This document shows positions 62,765-64,000 of a stretch of DNA of 64,000 nt, piece by piece (the first letter of the stretch is position 1; every line of letters begins with the position of its first letter). The notes under the pieces were generated by a model. That model had not been told where the DNA came from, made no database searches, and saw only the letters and a list, made by a program, of their open reading frames with translations. The translations under genes were made by a program, and so were the position numbers. Source of the stretch: Candidatus Altimarinota bacterium (GTDB taxonomy: Bacteria > Patescibacteriota > Gracilibacteria > CAIRYL01 > GCA-016699755); contig OY760935.1 of NCBI GenBank assembly GCA_963664295.1, positions 973,604 through 1,037,603 of the forward strand, in the 5' to 3' direction.

Positions 62765-62780
62765 AAAGCCTCCTAATTTC

Positions 62781-63485
62781 CTACAGCCTACTCTTCAGCT
62801 CCCCTCCCTCAATAGCCTTCCATTTTCCACAACTCATATCACCTTCCCAACAGATTTTTTCAGTTTCACAACTAGGTCCAGCATGAGAAAAAATCTCAGG
62901 ACAAGTAGGCTTAACAGCCTCAAGCATTTTTCGTGCAAGCATTTGAATCTCCCATTGCGCACGCACACAAAGCCTTTTTTCAAAAAAGTGCAACAGCTCA
63001 CGCGCATTCATAGTGACAACAATGTTTGTTTTTGTGCCCTGTGGGGTCAAAAAACGCGCATCCTCGCTTTTAATTCCTAATTCCTTTAATTCATCCACAG
63101 TCTCCTGCAAAGAGCTCTTAAATTTATCCACCAGCGCCATTGCTTGTGGGTTATTTTTAATCGAAGGCGGTATGACAAAATTTGTATGAGTTTTGTTATA
63201 GCGACCTGATTTTATTGAATAGCTTGCCAGCCTGTGGCGCACAAGTTGAGTTTCGGTCACACGAGAAACTCCAGAAATAGAAAAAGTAAAAGTAGCGTGT
63301 TCTATGGTTGATAAATGACCAGAAGAAAGCACAATATTAAGTAATCTTTTTGCTTTATCCTCAGGAATGCTTTCTTGCAATTCTTTTCCGGTTTTTGGCG
63401 AATAACATTGATTAATAGCCGCAGCAATTGTTTGCAAAGGCTTAGAAGTGTGGTCAATTAAATAAACTTCAATTTCTGAGCTCAT
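62781..63485 (-). CDS. thyX: FAD-dependent thymidylate synthase
   Basis: ThyX motif QLVRHRLASYSIKSGRY (RHR...S....S.R). 234 aa. Confidence 0.92.
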   Translation of the reverse strand: MSSEIEVYLIDHTSKPLQTIAAAINQCYSPKTGKELQESIPEDKAKRLLNIVLSSGHLSTIEHATFTFSISGVSRVTETQLVRHRLASYSIKSGRYNKTHTNFVIPPSIKNNPQAMALVDKFKSSLQETVDELKELGIKSEDARFLTPQGTKTNIVVTMNARELLHFFEKRLCVRAQWEIQMLARKMLEAVKPTCPEIFSHAGPSCETEKICWEGDMSCGKWKAIEGGELKSRL

Positions 63486-63492
63486 ATTTTAT

Positions 63493-63858
63493 TTAAACAT
63501 CAAGGGAATCAATTGCTTCTTGAATTGTTGGGTGATATTCGACCAAATTTAAAAAACCAACAACCTCAAGAATATCTAAAATCGTATCATTACTTTCAGC
63601 TAAAACCATTTTTTTACCATCTTGATTTAGAGTGGAAAAAACCTCAGCCAAAAAACCAACAACCATTGAGTTGATAAACTCCAAATCACGCAAAAAGAAA
63701 ATAAAAGTTTTTACATCTTTTGTTTGCAAGTATCTATTTATTTCTTTTTTAAACTCATTGATTGATGACTCATCGACTTCTCCTGCAATATGAATAATGC
63801 GAACGCCTTCCTTTTCGTTCACTGGTATCATTCTGGATTTAAAATTCACTACAGACAT
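63493..63858 (-). CDS. STAS-domain protein (anti-sigma-factor antagonist type)
   Basis: 121 aa. IIHIAGEVDESSINEFKKEI...IFFLRDLEFINSMVVGFLAEVF...KKMVLAESNDTILDILEVVG shows the SpoIIAA/RsbV topology, with a conserved Ser context (INSMVVG). Confidence 0.75.
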   Translation of the reverse strand: MSVVNFKSRMIPVNEKEGVRIIHIAGEVDESSINEFKKEINRYLQTKDVKTFIFFLRDLEFINSMVVGFLAEVFSTLNQDGKKMVLAESNDTILDILEVVGFLNLVEYHPTIQEAIDSLDV

Positions 63859-63864
63859 TGTTTT

Positions 63865-64000
63865 TTATTTAAAAAATGCTTCAAATTCTTTTTGATCAAG
63901 AGTTTCTTTTTTGAGTAAGGTTTGTGCAATTTTTTCTAGTATTTTTTTATTATCTTTTAATAACTTATCTGCTCTTTTGAGTTGTTCAGAAATTATTTTA
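63865..64000 (-). CDS. ftsH: C-terminal end of an FtsH-like AAA+ metalloprotease (partial, continues beyond the window)
   Basis: Hand translation of the minus strand gives ...IISEQLKRADKLLKDNKKILEKIAQTLLKKETLDQKEFEAFFK-stop (TAA complement 63865-63867). It resembles the FtsH C-terminal helix (A..LLEKETLD.EE). Only about 44 aa are visible. Confidence 0.5.
   Translation of the reverse strand, partial: KIISEQLKRADKLLKDNKKILEKIAQTLLKKETLDQKEFEAFFK

Noticed and set aside
62724-63080. ORF 62724..63080 (+), 118 aa
   Set aside because: Most of it lies antisense to thyX, which carries the diagnostic RHR...S...S.R motif. It is a shadow ORF.
1-64000. Alternative genetic code (UGA recoding as in Gracilibacteria/Absconditabacteria)
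   Set aside because: Many well-recognised genes terminate at TGA at the expected length, including ATGA start-stop overlaps (9624, 49382, 55686). No conserved protein appears truncated at TGA.

Overview
AT-rich bacterial chromosomal segment, roughly one-third G+C by eye. It uses the standard genetic code: ATGA and TAATG gene overlaps are present and ORFs end cleanly at TGA. All calls come from reading the supplied translations and the DNA by eye; no searches were run. Content: about 55 protein genes, 5 tRNA genes (Cys, Leu, Glu, His, Ile, all with encoded CCA), and no rRNA or CRISPR. Housekeeping genes recognised with high confidence are rpsA, radA, dnaN, mfd, valS, coaE, lepB, gatB, murJ, two pilT-family ATPases, ribBA, trpS, guaB, rpiB, rpe, purH, thyX and a partial ftsH. 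The accessory and envelope content includes three SLH-anchored surface proteins, three small proteins sharing a VirB2/TrbC-like two-helix pilin module, and a sigma-region-4 plus HARE-HTH protein. It also includes a stand-alone ComEC metallo-beta-lactamase domain and giant orphan membrane or surface proteins. Together these suggest a small-genome Patescibacteria/CPR-like organism, but that is inference only. Most unusual signals: (1) the tRNA-His gene is followed by five perfect 80-bp head-to-tail units. Each unit restarts with the last 17 nt of the tRNA and ends in a degenerate copy of the tRNA's 3' half, and no integrase is in view. (2) An unannotated 28-codon Gly/Cys-only sORF has its own bidirectional terminator. 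(3) Divergent pilin-like genes flank tRNA-Glu and lead into a 244-aa plus 1308-aa orphan operon. (4) A 1367-aa protein carries a beta-barrel-like segment and a 48-bp tandem-repeat tail. (5) A partner-switching module encodes the RsbW-like kinase and its STAS substrate as one polypeptide. (6) A hairpin pair downstream of tRNA-Ile keeps its flanks and loop but swaps its stem compensatorily.
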